Shown one piece after another: positions 29,796 to 39,201 of a stretch of DNA of 64,000 nt. Within the stretch, counting starts at the first letter, position 1. Each line of letters opens with the position of its first letter. The stretch lies in the IMG/VR virus record IMGVR_UViG_3300009082_000959. One strand, written 5' to 3'. The stretch is from a virus. Lineage: Duplodnaviria > Caudoviricetes. The notes under the pieces are model-generated. The model saw nothing but the letters and a program-made list of their open reading frames with translations, made no database searches and was not told where the DNA came from. The position numbers and the translations under genes were made by a program.

Positions 29796-30073
29796 CACTT
29801 TTACACGACGCCTACACTGCTTACTTGTCTGGCCTGACCACCAAACTCAACGAAAAAGAAATTTGGTGGCAGGATAAGTATGGTTTTAAAATTACCGTAG
29901 AATTAGTTGGTGTAGATTTGGAGACATATGTGGTAAGGTATTTTTATGAAGATGGAAATCTGAGGTTTGAAATGAATTATTGTAAAGACGAAAGACATAG
30001 TCTTTGTAAATGTTTTTTTGACAACGGAATTTTGGGCTGGACAAAGAACTTTAACGGGAGTGATCAAATTTAG
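29792..30073 (+). CDS. MORN_2 repeat protein with conserved leader (short)
   Basis: MTLLHDAYTAYLSGLTTKLNEKEIWW. Confidence 0.8.
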   Translation: MTLLHDAYTAYLSGLTTKLNEKEIWWQDKYGFKITVELVGVDLETYVVRYFYEDGNLRFEMNYCKDERHSLCKCFFDNGILGWTKNFNGSDQI

Positions 30074-30085
30074 AAAAGGAGATTT

Positions 30086-30373
30086 ATGGCCGATATAATT
30101 GGAAACGCTAATGGGATTAAACTGTGGGAACTTATGTCGAATACACAGGACAAAAGTGAGGCAGAGTATTTTAAAATGCTTTCTGTTGCTGCATCTAAAT
30201 ATGGTAAAGTTTTCTTTGTCGATTCCGTTACAGAAAGAAACACAAAAGAAAACCAAGTTACGTGGAGTATGGTTTGGGACCCAAGCAAGTCCGTTTGGGA
30301 AGTTTCAAAGTTCCATGTTCCTCGTGGCGCAGTAGAAGCAACCGATAGATTACTTAAAGTTTGTCCGACATAG
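30086..30373 (+). CDS. hypothetical protein
   Basis: SD AAGGAG. Confidence 0.6.
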   Translation: MADIIGNANGIKLWELMSNTQDKSEAEYFKMLSVAASKYGKVFFVDSVTERNTKENQVTWSMVWDPSKSVWEVSKFHVPRGAVEATDRLLKVCPT

Positions 30374-30386
30374 GTGGGAGAAACTA

Positions 30387-31238
30387 TTATACATCTTTGT
30401 GTAATTTCCCATTTATTATATCTAAAATAGTAGATTTGTCTACTGAAAACATTTTTCCCAGCTTTCTCGATGGGAATTTTACACCATCATACAGTGTTTT
30501 AATTTGTATTATTTGGTCTGTTGATAATTTGTTATTGTTTGTAATATTTCCATCACTGTCACGTTTACACATATTTTTAATTAAAACAAATTTGTCATAC
30601 TTTCTTTGTAAACCAATTTTATCTAATTCAAATCCATCATAGATATAATCTCCTAATTTTATTATATTGCTATAACTTTGGACACTGATATTTGAGTATG
30701 ATCCCTTTTTTGCTTCTTTTGTGTTTATATAATATTTGTTTATTGTTAGCTCGTTAAATAAATTAATAACAAAATCCCAATTTTGGCCAAATGGACCAGC
30801 AAGTGTAAATGCTTTTCTTTTATTTACGGCGTCAACATAGAAGCATCCATCGCCGCATATTAATCCTCTAAACCAATACTTGTGTAAATCCTTTGGTATA
30901 ACATTCAATATGCTATCAGCAGATATTTTGCTATTTGAGCCGTAACCATGATTTAATAAAAAATTGTATATATCTTTATTGCTTGTTGATAAAGTTACAC
31001 TTTTTTCTTTTGATCTCTCCCTTATGTTTCTAACATATATGTTCCATTTTCCCGTAGCATTACACATATTGATTAAGTTTTCGGAATCTGATTCCTTGGT
31101 GTAAATTTGTATATTATAGTTCCCTAATTTATATTTGACAATATGGCCATCGGCCCATATATATCCCAAAAGGTAAGCTGAATACTTATTCATTTTATCG
31201 CTATATATAAATATATCTTTAAAAACTTTATCTGTCAT
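30387..31238 (-). CDS. free-standing two-motif LAGLIDADG homing endonuclease with C-terminal HTH
   Basis: YLLGYIWADG and WFRGLICGDG; SD AAGGAG on minus strand; C-terminal SRKLGKMFSVDKSTI. Confidence 0.85.
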   Translation of the reverse strand: MTDKVFKDIFIYSDKMNKYSAYLLGYIWADGHIVKYKLGNYNIQIYTKESDSENLINMCNATGKWNIYVRNIRERSKEKSVTLSTSNKDIYNFLLNHGYGSNSKISADSILNVIPKDLHKYWFRGLICGDGCFYVDAVNKRKAFTLAGPFGQNWDFVINLFNELTINKYYINTKEAKKGSYSNISVQSYSNIIKLGDYIYDGFELDKIGLQRKYDKFVLIKNMCKRDSDGNITNNNKLSTDQIIQIKTLYDGVKFPSRKLGKMFSVDKSTILDIINGKLHKDV

Positions 31239-31310
31239 ATTTCTCCTTGGTGGTAGTTATACTAAGGTTCCCACCAATACATAATTTTATTAGTAGAAAA
31301 AGGAATAGTA

Positions 31311-32606
31311 ATGCAAAATGTATCTGATTATACTGAATTAAAAAAAGAACTTCAAAAGTTTAACAACATCCTAATAACAGGGCCTGCTGGCAGCGGGAAA
31401 ACCTATGGTGCAATCCAATTGTTTAAAAATAGCAAAAACTCTGTATTTACTGCAACCACAGGTATCGCGGCACTAAATGTAGGGGGAGAAACATTACATA
31501 GATTTTTAAACTTGGGAACAGCGTCAAGACCAGAGTTGTCGTATATAGTAACCGATAAATGGGATAAAATAAAAAGGTCAAAGAAATCTTTTGACATCGA
31601 TCGGTTGCAGACCATATTGTCGTTAAAAACACTTATAATTGATGAAGCCTCAATGTTGAGGAGGGACACATTTGAACTTGTGGATGTAGTTTTAAGCCAT
31701 GTGCGAGAGAATAGCCTGCCATTTGGTGGGGTCCAGATGGTGCTCGTATCTGACTTTTTTCAGCTACCACCCGTTGTTACTTCTTTTGATATCAGTAGGT
31801 ATCCAGATTTATCGGAGCCTTATTGTTTCCAGTCTCCTTTGTGGTATCAAGCAGGATTCGAATCTTTTAATTTGACAACAAACTATCGACAGGGTGATGG
31901 TGAGTTTCTTGATGCGCTTGGTCAAATTAGAATAGGTAATGTTACGCCAGAGATAGATAAATTATTTTCCAGCAGAGTTGGTGCAAACTTAAATGTTCCA
32001 CTACAACCGCTTAAATTATTTTCTCATAAAGATGATGTAAGTGTAGAGAACATAAATTGTTTAAAGCAATTACCTGGCGACAAAATGTGTTCAACGGCAG
32101 AATTTGAGGGAAAAGAATACGATATTAATATTTTAAAGAAAGAATGCCCGGCCGAAGTAGATTTATATTTCGGCAAAAATGCGCAGGTAATGATGCTAAC
32201 CAATGATCCAAAAGGAAATTGGGTAAATGGAACTATGGGAATAATTAAAGATTTGTCCCCACTCGCAATAAAGTTTTCTTCTGGCGCGACATTTGAAATT
32301 ACTCCTTTTACTTGGGAGAGGTCGGTTCCAAGAGTAAAGTTTGATAAATCAATATACAACGAAGTAGTAGCAAAGATGACACAATATCCATTTAGATTGA
32401 GTTGGTCATCTACACTGCATAAATGTCAAGGTTTAACATTGGATTATGTAGAACTTGATTTATCAAGATCGTTTGCATGTGGCCAGTCATATGTGGGATT
32501 GTCTCGGGTAAAAACAATCGAGGGTCTGACTTTGAGGTCTTGGAATAAAAGTAGTATAAAAACAGATAAAAAGGTTAGGGAATTTTATGGCATCACTAAT
32601 AGTTAA
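31311..32606 (+). CDS. PIF1/RecD-like SF1B helicase
   Basis: GPAGSGKT, TTGIAAL.VGG.TLH, IIDEASM, DFFQLPPV, HKCQGLTLD, GQSYVGLSR. Confidence 0.92.
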   Translation: MQNVSDYTELKKELQKFNNILITGPAGSGKTYGAIQLFKNSKNSVFTATTGIAALNVGGETLHRFLNLGTASRPELSYIVTDKWDKIKRSKKSFDIDRLQTILSLKTLIIDEASMLRRDTFELVDVVLSHVRENSLPFGGVQMVLVSDFFQLPPVVTSFDISRYPDLSEPYCFQSPLWYQAGFESFNLTTNYRQGDGEFLDALGQIRIGNVTPEIDKLFSSRVGANLNVPLQPLKLFSHKDDVSVENINCLKQLPGDKMCSTAEFEGKEYDINILKKECPAEVDLYFGKNAQVMMLTNDPKGNWVNGTMGIIKDLSPLAIKFSSGATFEITPFTWERSVPRVKFDKSIYNEVVAKMTQYPFRLSWSSTLHKCQGLTLDYVELDLSRSFACGQSYVGLSRVKTIEGLTLRSWNKSSIKTDKKVREFYGITNS

Positions 32607-32610
32607 TGGT

Positions 32611-32793
32611 ATGGATAAATTTGATCTTTCATTTGAAAGTATTAGTTTTATATACTTGAAAGTGTTTAAATATAATTTTCCAATAAAAATGAAAGATAAT
32701 AATATTTGTATTGATTACCCAGCACTTGTAAAAGAGAAATATAGTTTATGGCGTAGGATTCGCCAGGAAATATTAGATTTTTTATGTATGTAG
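32611..32793 (+). CDS. mini-gene family member (dispersed)
   Basis: ISFIYLKVFKYNFPI motif. Confidence 0.55.
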   Translation: MDKFDLSFESISFIYLKVFKYNFPIKMKDNNICIDYPALVKEKYSLWRRIRQEILDFLCM

Positions 32794-32925
32794 CAATATT
32801 TATTAAAAATGGAAAGTAATAATATTTGTATTGATAAACCACGGAAACTATATAAGAGTAATAATGAGACTGTATAATACTATTATTACTACCAATGTTT
32901 CCCTTGTCGCATGGTTCATAGTTTT

Positions 32926-32953
32926 ACTATACACGATTTTTGGGTTTTGTCAA
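32926..32953 (-). promoter_or_regulatory. possible leftward sigma70 promoter
   Basis: Minus strand TTGACA -16 nt- TATAGT. Confidence 0.4.
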
Positions 32954-33033
32954 GTTTTTTGGTCGATTTTTTTGAGGCTGTTACTCGGGCCTTTTAGACA
33001 TGCAAAGATTTTTTGCTCAAAGGAGAAGAAAAA

Positions 33034-33186
33034 ATGAATAAATTAGGCGGCAAAGAATTTGTATTAATTAATAGAAGGAAAGTGGATCGAAATATAAATG
33101 GAGCCTTGGATATTTTGTTCAGGGCAGCTGGAAATACATCCTATTTTAATGGTGATGTTCAAAATTGCACTGTTAATAAAAGTTAG
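33034..33186 (+). CDS. hypothetical protein (50 aa)
   Basis: SD AAGGAG; MNKLGGKEFVL... Confidence 0.5.
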   Translation: MNKLGGKEFVLINRRKVDRNINGALDILFRAAGNTSYFNGDVQNCTVNKS

Positions 33187-33208
33187 CAGAAAGGTATCGG
33201 CACGCAAC

Positions 33209-33625
33209 ATGAACCTCGGAAAAGTTATAAAAATATATGAAATCATTAAAAATAGATTACCTAAAACTTATCCTCACCCAAAACTCGCCTTCTTTGAGGA
33301 TGAGGATTGCATGTTAAGCAACACTAATTTAAAAAAAATAGAAAACGAAAATGTATATGCGGTATTTTCCCCAACCACAGAAACGATATGCTTGCCACTT
33401 AAAATGACCTTTGAGTATTATGGGAAAAATGGAAAGTATATAAACACAGTTAATTTAAATAAATTCACTGATGTAGAAATTGCTCATACTTTATTGCATG
33501 AGTGTTGTCATATGTATGCTGGCGAAAAGTATGGATATTTTTCAGAAAAATATCATGATGAAAAATATTGTGATACATTTGCGAGTAGGTGGGTAAAGGT
33601 TTTGGTTAAGGAAAAATTACTATGA
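33209..33625 (+). CDS. HExxH zinc metallopeptidase-like (ImmA/IrrE-like)
   Basis: HTLLHECCH...EKYCDTFA. Confidence 0.65.
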   Translation: MNLGKVIKIYEIIKNRLPKTYPHPKLAFFEDEDCMLSNTNLKKIENENVYAVFSPTTETICLPLKMTFEYYGKNGKYINTVNLNKFTDVEIAHTLLHECCHMYAGEKYGYFSEKYHDEKYCDTFASRWVKVLVKEKLL

Positions 33626-33643
33626 CGCTTTTACATCGATGAC
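33622..33643 (+). pseudogene. remnant of a MORN-family leader
   Basis: GGAAAAATTACTATGACGCTTTTACATCGATGACA vs family ...ATGACACTTTTGCATGATGCGATGACA; 4-nt deletion then truncation. Confidence 0.5.
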
Positions 33644-33661
33644 AAAATAGTGGAATGGGTT

Positions 33662-33696
33662 GTCGCAACACCCAAAAATGTTGCGTGGATTGAAAC
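33662..33696 (+). CRISPR. solitary type I-C-like CRISPR repeat unit (no array)
   Basis: GTCGCAACACCCAAAAATGTTGCGTGGATTGAAAC; GCAACA/TGTTGC stem; GTCGC...GCGTGGATTGAAAC ends typical of I-C repeats. Confidence 0.75.
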
Positions 33697-33758
33697 AACA
33701 GGGCAACAAAAAATAGAGTGAAGAGTAACATTATAATAAATAAAGAAAGGTGGTTTTT

Positions 33759-33923
33759 ATGTCTTTGGCACTTGTAAAATTATCAAAAAAGCGCAATGGA
33801 CGAATATATTATTTTTTGGATTACATTAGTTTAGATGTAGCAAGATTGGGCGTTCAAATACAAGGTGAGGAACACAATAAGAATGAGTGGGCCCTGGCTG
33901 AAATTGTAAGAGAATTTAAGTAA
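33759..33923 (+). CDS. hypothetical protein (54 aa) directly downstream of the solitary repeat
   Basis: SD AAAGGTGG; MSLALVKLSKKRNGRIYYFLDYI... Confidence 0.55.
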   Translation: MSLALVKLSKKRNGRIYYFLDYISLDVARLGVQIQGEEHNKNEWALAEIVREFK

Positions 33924-33934
33924 TATAATTTATG

Positions 33935-33968
33935 GGTTGCATATGCCTGAAAGCATATGCAGCCTTTT
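33935..33968 (+). terminator. 12-bp hairpin plus T4 (terminator or IS left-end hairpin)
   Basis: GGTTGCATATGC-CTGAAA-GCATATGCAGCC-TTTT. Confidence 0.55.
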
Positions 33969-34031
33969 AGGTATCGAATATATTTATGTTTTCCATTGAC
34001 AATTGTTGACAAACGGTATATTATTATAATA

Positions 34032-35198
34032 ATGTTCAAATCCACGAAAACTACTTTACGGTTTGCTAATACTGGTAAACGAAATCACCTTGACAGTTTC
34101 CTCGACGAGTATCGTCGTGTGCTTGCGGTTTTCGTGGATTTGCTTTGGTCGCAAGAAAAGGTCCCAGTGTTGTTACCAGCTTCCGTCACGAAACCAATTC
34201 AAACTACTTCGTGGCTTTCCGCGAGAATACTACAAGCCGCAGGAAAACAGGCCAGCGGAATAGTTCGCGGAACTCGTAAAAAGCAACAACAACGAAAGTG
34301 GGTTTACGACAAACTCCAAACCGAAGGCAAATTTAAACAAGCACGAAAACTAAAACGAATTATAGACAAAGTCATTATAACCAAACCAAATATAAATCAA
34401 GTAGAACCAGAATTAGATTCGCGTTTTGTAAAACAGGACTGGACCAACTCAACTACTTTTGATGGGTTCGTGACTTTGTCTTCGTTGGGTAATCATTTAA
34501 AAATTGTGCTACCAGTAAAGCGTAATAAACATTTCAATAAATTGCTCACCGCTGGAACACTTAAAACCGGTGTCAGGATTTCACGTAATGCTTTGACTTT
34601 TTGTTTTGAATTACCTGACGTCAAACCGCGTTCCACAGGAACTACACTGGGAATAGACTTGGGAGTAAAAAATACTATCTCTACTTCCCAAGGATTTTCC
34701 AGTAAGCCCGACAACCACGGACATACACTGGATTCCATCAATACACGATTGACACGGAAAACAAAAGGTTCTAAAAACTTTAAACAGACACAAACACTAC
34801 GAACTAATTACATAAACTGGTCTGTGAATCAACTTAATTTAGACCAAGTTAAGACCGTAAAACTCGAAAACTTAAAACATTTTCGTAAAGGCGTAAAAAC
34901 TTCACGCAAACTAACCCACTTCACCTACACAGAGATTCAAAGTAAAGTAGTAAATTGTTGTAATTTACTTGGTGTCCAAGTAGAATACGTAAATCCTACT
35001 TATACTTCTCAAAGGTGTAGTTGTTGTGGTTGGGTTCGTAGTAGCAATAGGAAAGGCAAACAGTTTAAGTGCAAAGCCTGCGGCTTCGCTGTGGATGCGG
35101 ATTTAAATGCTGCCTTAAATATTGCCACTAACCTTCGGCCTATTGGCCGTGAGGAACGATTGCTCCACAAAAACCGCAAGGGTTTTTACTGGAAGTAA
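34032..35198 (+). CDS. tnpB: TnpB RNA-guided nuclease
   Basis: RuvC-I GIDLG, RuvC-II LENL, zinc finger CSCCG/CKACG, RuvC-III DADLNAALNI; TTGACA-17-TATTAT promoter at 33996-34024. Confidence 0.9.
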   Translation: MFKSTKTTLRFANTGKRNHLDSFLDEYRRVLAVFVDLLWSQEKVPVLLPASVTKPIQTTSWLSARILQAAGKQASGIVRGTRKKQQQRKWVYDKLQTEGKFKQARKLKRIIDKVIITKPNINQVEPELDSRFVKQDWTNSTTFDGFVTLSSLGNHLKIVLPVKRNKHFNKLLTAGTLKTGVRISRNALTFCFELPDVKPRSTGTTLGIDLGVKNTISTSQGFSSKPDNHGHTLDSINTRLTRKTKGSKNFKQTQTLRTNYINWSVNQLNLDQVKTVKLENLKHFRKGVKTSRKLTHFTYTEIQSKVVNCCNLLGVQVEYVNPTYTSQRCSCCGWVRSSNRKGKQFKCKACGFAVDADLNAALNIATNLRPIGREERLLHKNRKGFYWK

Positions 35199-35280
35199 GG
35201 AAGCAGTTTATAGTAGCTTCTACCCAAAAACTTAAAAGATGTCCATACTTTTAGGAACTATATTCATATATGTTTTCTGT
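35100..35280 (+). ncRNA. putative omegaRNA/reRNA scaffold plus 3' guide; boundaries approximate
   Basis: Serial hairpins AAAAACC/GGTTTTT (35169-87), GAAGC/GCTTC (35200-20), AAAAG/CTTTT (35234-52) over the tnpB 3' end. Confidence 0.4.
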
Positions 35281-35429
35281 CACCGAGAGTAATGGAAAAG
35301 TTCATGAGTTTGCTGGAATTAGAAACCTTTGTGAAACCGAAAAGTCAGCATTAAAACGAGCTTGGTGGCGCGCAAAGTGGATATCTGATGGAACATTTTA
35401 TGATTATTATAAATAAAATTGGTGGTTAA

Positions 35430-35789
35430 ATGATAGTATTGCATGACATGATGGTTGCGTATTTGTCTGGTTTGGCGGAAGAAGTTGATGGAGAAATTTT
35501 TTGGGAGAATGTTTCTATTAAACTTTTGGACGCAGAAACAGAAACATATATTTACAGTGAATATGACAGCAATAAAATCAAACGCAGAGAAATGTTAAGG
35601 GTTGGTGAAACCGTAAGTGGTAAGGCTTGTTGGTGGGACAGTAGAGGTCGTTTAGTTGCAGAGTCACTATACAAAGATGGCCTATTAAACGGAACATCAA
35701 TTAGTTTTAATACCGATGGAACTATTAGAAAAAAATCTATTTATAAAGATGGAAAGTTATTGGATATAATCTATGACAGTTTTGCATGA
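35430..35789 (+). CDS. divergent MORN-family protein
   Basis: MIVLHDMMVAYLSGL leader; G.....W...G....E..YKDG.LNG. Confidence 0.75.
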   Translation: MIVLHDMMVAYLSGLAEEVDGEIFWENVSIKLLDAETETYIYSEYDSNKIKRREMLRVGETVSGKACWWDSRGRLVAESLYKDGLLNGTSISFNTDGTIRKKSIYKDGKLLDIIYDSFA

Positions 35790-36132
35790 TGCGATGACAG
35801 CCTACTTGTCTGGCTTGACTGCCAAAAAGAATAAAAAAGAAATCTGGTGGCAAGACAAAAATGGATATAAAATTACCGTAGAATTAGTAGATGCTGATTT
35901 AGAGACATATATAGTAAGAGAATACTATGACAATGGAAAACTATGGTTTGAAATGAATTATTGCAAAGACCAATTGCATGGTTTGCTTAAATGCTATAAT
36001 GATAATGGTAATTTAGCGTGGGAATACAATTATTTAAAAAGCCAGCGTCATGGTTTGTGCAAACATTACTATGACAATGGTAATTTGCGGACACAATATA
36101 ATTACAATAACGGAAAACGAACACAAATATGA
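35773..36132 (+). CDS. MORN_2 repeat protein with conserved leader
   Basis: MTVLHDAMTAYLSGLTAKKNKKEIWWQDKNGYKITVELV. Confidence 0.85.
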   Translation: MTVLHDAMTAYLSGLTAKKNKKEIWWQDKNGYKITVELVDADLETYIVREYYDNGKLWFEMNYCKDQLHGLLKCYNDNGNLAWEYNYLKSQRHGLCKHYYDNGNLRTQYNYNNGKRTQI

Positions 36133-36560
36133 TACTTTTGTATGATGCACTGACAGCCTATTTGGCAGGACTTACTACTAAACTCAACGAAAAAGAAATT
36201 TGGTGGAAAAATGAATTGGGTAAAAAGATTACTATTGAGTTGGTAAGTTTGCGTTGGAAAAAATACACAGTGAGATATTATTATGACAATGGTAATTTGT
36301 GCTGTGAGTTAAATTATAATAAAGACGACCAACGGCACGGTATGTGTAAATGGTATTACGAAGATGGTAATTTGCACCATGAATTTAATTACTATAAAAA
36401 TCAATTACATGGTTTGTGTAAATCTTATTATGAATACGGTAATATTTCAGAAGAATTTAATTACCATAAAGGCTACCGACATGGATTAAATAAATGGTAT
36501 AATTTAAATAGTAACATAATTTTAGAGGAAAATTACAAACACGGAATACCACATGATTGA
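36129..36560 (+). CDS. MORN_2 repeat protein with conserved leader
   Basis: MILLYDALTAYLAGLTTKLNEKEIWW. Confidence 0.85.
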   Translation: MILLYDALTAYLAGLTTKLNEKEIWWKNELGKKITIELVSLRWKKYTVRYYYDNGNLCCELNYNKDDQRHGMCKWYYEDGNLHHEFNYYKNQLHGLCKSYYEYGNISEEFNYHKGYRHGLNKWYNLNSNIILEENYKHGIPHD

Positions 36561-37353
36561 ATTACTTTTTAGAAACACACTGGCGGAAGAAAACGAATTA
36601 CAAATAGCAAAAAAATATTTTGATATAAAACAGTATCGTTCAGAAATTACTCCGGGAGCGTTGATTATAGGCAGATATTCTGTTCTACCTTACTATAATG
36701 AACTGGAAAAAGATATACTAAAATTAGGCGGCAAACTAATTAACTCCTACGAAGATCATCTTTATATTGCTGACATAAAAAATTGGTATCCTGATTACCG
36801 AGACATAACGCCTATGACTTGGTTCGACCCATCAGAAGCAATACGGTCCGACTTTAACGGTTCCTTTGTTTTAAAAGGCAATGTGAATTCTCGAAAGCAA
36901 TTGTTTAACACACATATGTTTGCTGCGAATAAATCTAATATAATGAAAGTTTATTGCAAATTATTAGACGACACTCTTATTCAATATCAGGGAATTTGTG
37001 TCAGAGAGTTTGTGAATTTAATCAACTACGGCAAAGACCAAGTAACCGGTTGCCCAATATCAAAAGAGTTTAGGCTTTTTATTTTAGACGGCAAAGTTCT
37101 TTCAAAGGGATATTACTGGTCAAATTTTGTTGAAGAAGCAGAAAATCCGGACCCAAACGAAATACCAGAAGACTTCATACAAGACGCAATCAAAAGATGC
37201 CCAGTAAGATTTTTTGCTATTGACTTGGCCCAGAAAACTAACGGTGATTGGATGGTAGTTGAATTAGGAGATGCACAGATGGCTGGTCCATCTTGTAATG
37301 ATTTAGATAGTTTATATAAAAACTTAAAGGAAAATCTATGCAAAAAAGTATGA
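36553..37353 (+). CDS. ATP-grasp domain protein (R2K/DUF4343-like)
   Basis: FVLKG..NSRK, EFRLFILDG, FAIDLA...GDWMVVELGD. Confidence 0.75.
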   Translation: MIELLFRNTLAEENELQIAKKYFDIKQYRSEITPGALIIGRYSVLPYYNELEKDILKLGGKLINSYEDHLYIADIKNWYPDYRDITPMTWFDPSEAIRSDFNGSFVLKGNVNSRKQLFNTHMFAANKSNIMKVYCKLLDDTLIQYQGICVREFVNLINYGKDQVTGCPISKEFRLFILDGKVLSKGYYWSNFVEEAENPDPNEIPEDFIQDAIKRCPVRFFAIDLAQKTNGDWMVVELGDAQMAGPSCNDLDSLYKNLKENLCKKV

Positions 37354-38609
37354 CAGATGTATATTTGAGTGTTTTAAAACACAAATGGCATTTAAGTGTG
37401 GCAAGAATGCAATTGTTACCAGAAGAAGAAATTAGATTATATTTAATGCCAACGATTAATGGCTATTATTGGCGCTCCATAGTTATAGTTAGTGGAAGTC
37501 AATGCAAGTATCAATGACATACATTTATATTTATGCACTCAAACATAAATGGTGTCTTAATTTATGTGGTTCAGTATTTAAGAACGAAATTTGTTTAAGT
37601 ATGAGACCGGCAAGGAGCAGTAATTGTTATATTTTTCGTGTAAAGGAAATCTATGCAAGCAACAATGATGTATGTATATTTAAGTGTCCTAAAATATGAG
37701 TGGGGATTAAGGTTGGGGCAAAAAAATCCAATATTACAAAACAACAACATTTGTGTATGCTTGACTCAACCAACAATGTCTGGCGGTTATGGTTATCGTG
37801 AGTATAATTATTTAATTAAGGCAAAACAATGAGACCGATTATAAAGTATACATATTTATATGTATTTAAACACAATTTTGGTTTATCCGTTGATGTTCTT
37901 ACAAAAAATGAATTAGTGTTACTTGCAACACCTCTAAATAACAATGATTATTGTCCCTTTCGAATATTTATTAAGCAGGTAAGATTATGCAAGCAAATAT
38001 GATGAGTTTGTATTTTTATACATTAAAATATAATTGGCATTTAGAGAATACCCATATATCGGTGAAAATAAAATTTACATCGACATTAGACCAAGCGTAA
38101 ATGGTTTTCATTGCTTCCATATTATAATTGAGGGAAACACATGCAACCTAAAATGAAAACCGTATATATTCTTAATTTGAAGCACAACTATTGTGTGGAC
38201 AGCGCAGAAATAATCGATAGCGAAATTACAATATATTTAAGGTCATCCATTAATAGTTTTAAACGGCATACTATTACGATATACGAGGATCAAGCAGCAT
38301 GCAATTAGATATGGTAGATTTATATGTTTATGTGTTGAAATCTAAATGGAGTTTGGAGCGTGAAACAATTATATACGAAAATATGCTTTGGATATATATG
38401 AGACCAAAACTTAATAGTTTTTACCGTTATCGTATTACAATTAAAGGAAATTTATGCAAGAGTCTATGAAAGCCATATATATTCTTAATTTAAAATATAA
38501 TTACCAAATATTTAAAGATAAGATAGTAATAAACAATAATAAAATTAGATTAACTGTTGGTGGAATTCAAGTTGAGATGCATTTAAAATGGAGGAACAAA
38601 GATGATTAA
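37338..38609 (+). other. mini-gene array A: 8 overlapping ORFs
   Basis: Starts 37338, 37502, 37653, 37829, 37988, 38141, 38299, 38454; e.g. MQKSMTDVYLSVLKHKW, MQPKMKTVYILNLKHNY, MQLDMVDLYVYVLKSKW. Confidence 0.85.
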
Positions 38610-39201
38610 TAAAGAGTTTGCAAATATAATGAACAATGCAAAAGATTTAACAATTGGGCAAGTATTTAAAATAATTACTCATCTTAAATTCAAAACAGTG
38701 GCCGCCGTTGTTGCTTTTTTTGTGGCGATCGTATCAGGTTCTTTTGTGATAGGTAGATATTCCTATCAAGAAAAAACGGCACTTACCCTCGATAGTCCAT
38801 TTGGTATGAGGTTGCTGATAAGTGAAAAACAATACGAATTCAAAAACCTAATCTTAATGGAAGACCCAATTAATTTGGCAGACAATAGTGTAATACTAAC
38901 TATACGAGAAATACAAAATGCCTTTGATATAGTTCCGATAGGAAAAATAGTTGCACGAAAAGAAAAAATTGAGTTGCCAGGAGTTTTTGGGTTGTTCAAT
39001 TTTAAGTCAATCGGAGTGGCCAAAGCATCAGAAGAGTTTAATTGGAACGGCCACGAGAACGATATGAATTTTAAGGAAGTATTTATTGATAGCAACACTA
39101 TAAACAGATACTACGAAGACGGTTGTATTTTAGAGTATAAAGTTTGCGAGGATAGAAAATCTAACAAAGGTTCTTTTAGATGGATACAACAAAATCATTA
39201 A
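38602..39201 (+). CDS. membrane-anchored hypothetical protein interrupting the mini-gene array
   Basis: TM segment TVAAVVAFFVAIVSGSFVIG. Confidence 0.65.
   Translation: MINKEFANIMNNAKDLTIGQVFKIITHLKFKTVAAVVAFFVAIVSGSFVIGRYSYQEKTALTLDSPFGMRLLISEKQYEFKNLILMEDPINLADNSVILTIREIQNAFDIVPIGKIVARKEKIELPGVFGLFNFKSIGVAKASEEFNWNGHENDMNFKEVFIDSNTINRYYEDGCILEYKVCEDRKSNKGSFRWIQQNH

Larger units (their letters stand above)
33935..35262 (+). mobile_element. TnpB-only IS200/IS605-family (IS1341-like) element; ends approximate
   Basis: tnpB with no tnpA; hairpins on both sides; codon usage differs from neighbours. Confidence 0.6.

Noticed and set aside
32686-32837. ~30-bp direct repeat (AAAAATG.AA..TAATAATATTTGTATTGAT) near 32686 and 32806
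   Set aside because: Best explained as a partial, decayed duplication of the 32611 mini-gene; no independent function is evident.
34032-35198. Calling the TnpB a Cas12f/Cas14 effector
   Set aside because: No adjacent array or cas1/2/4. The 3' hairpins fit an omegaRNA-type element.
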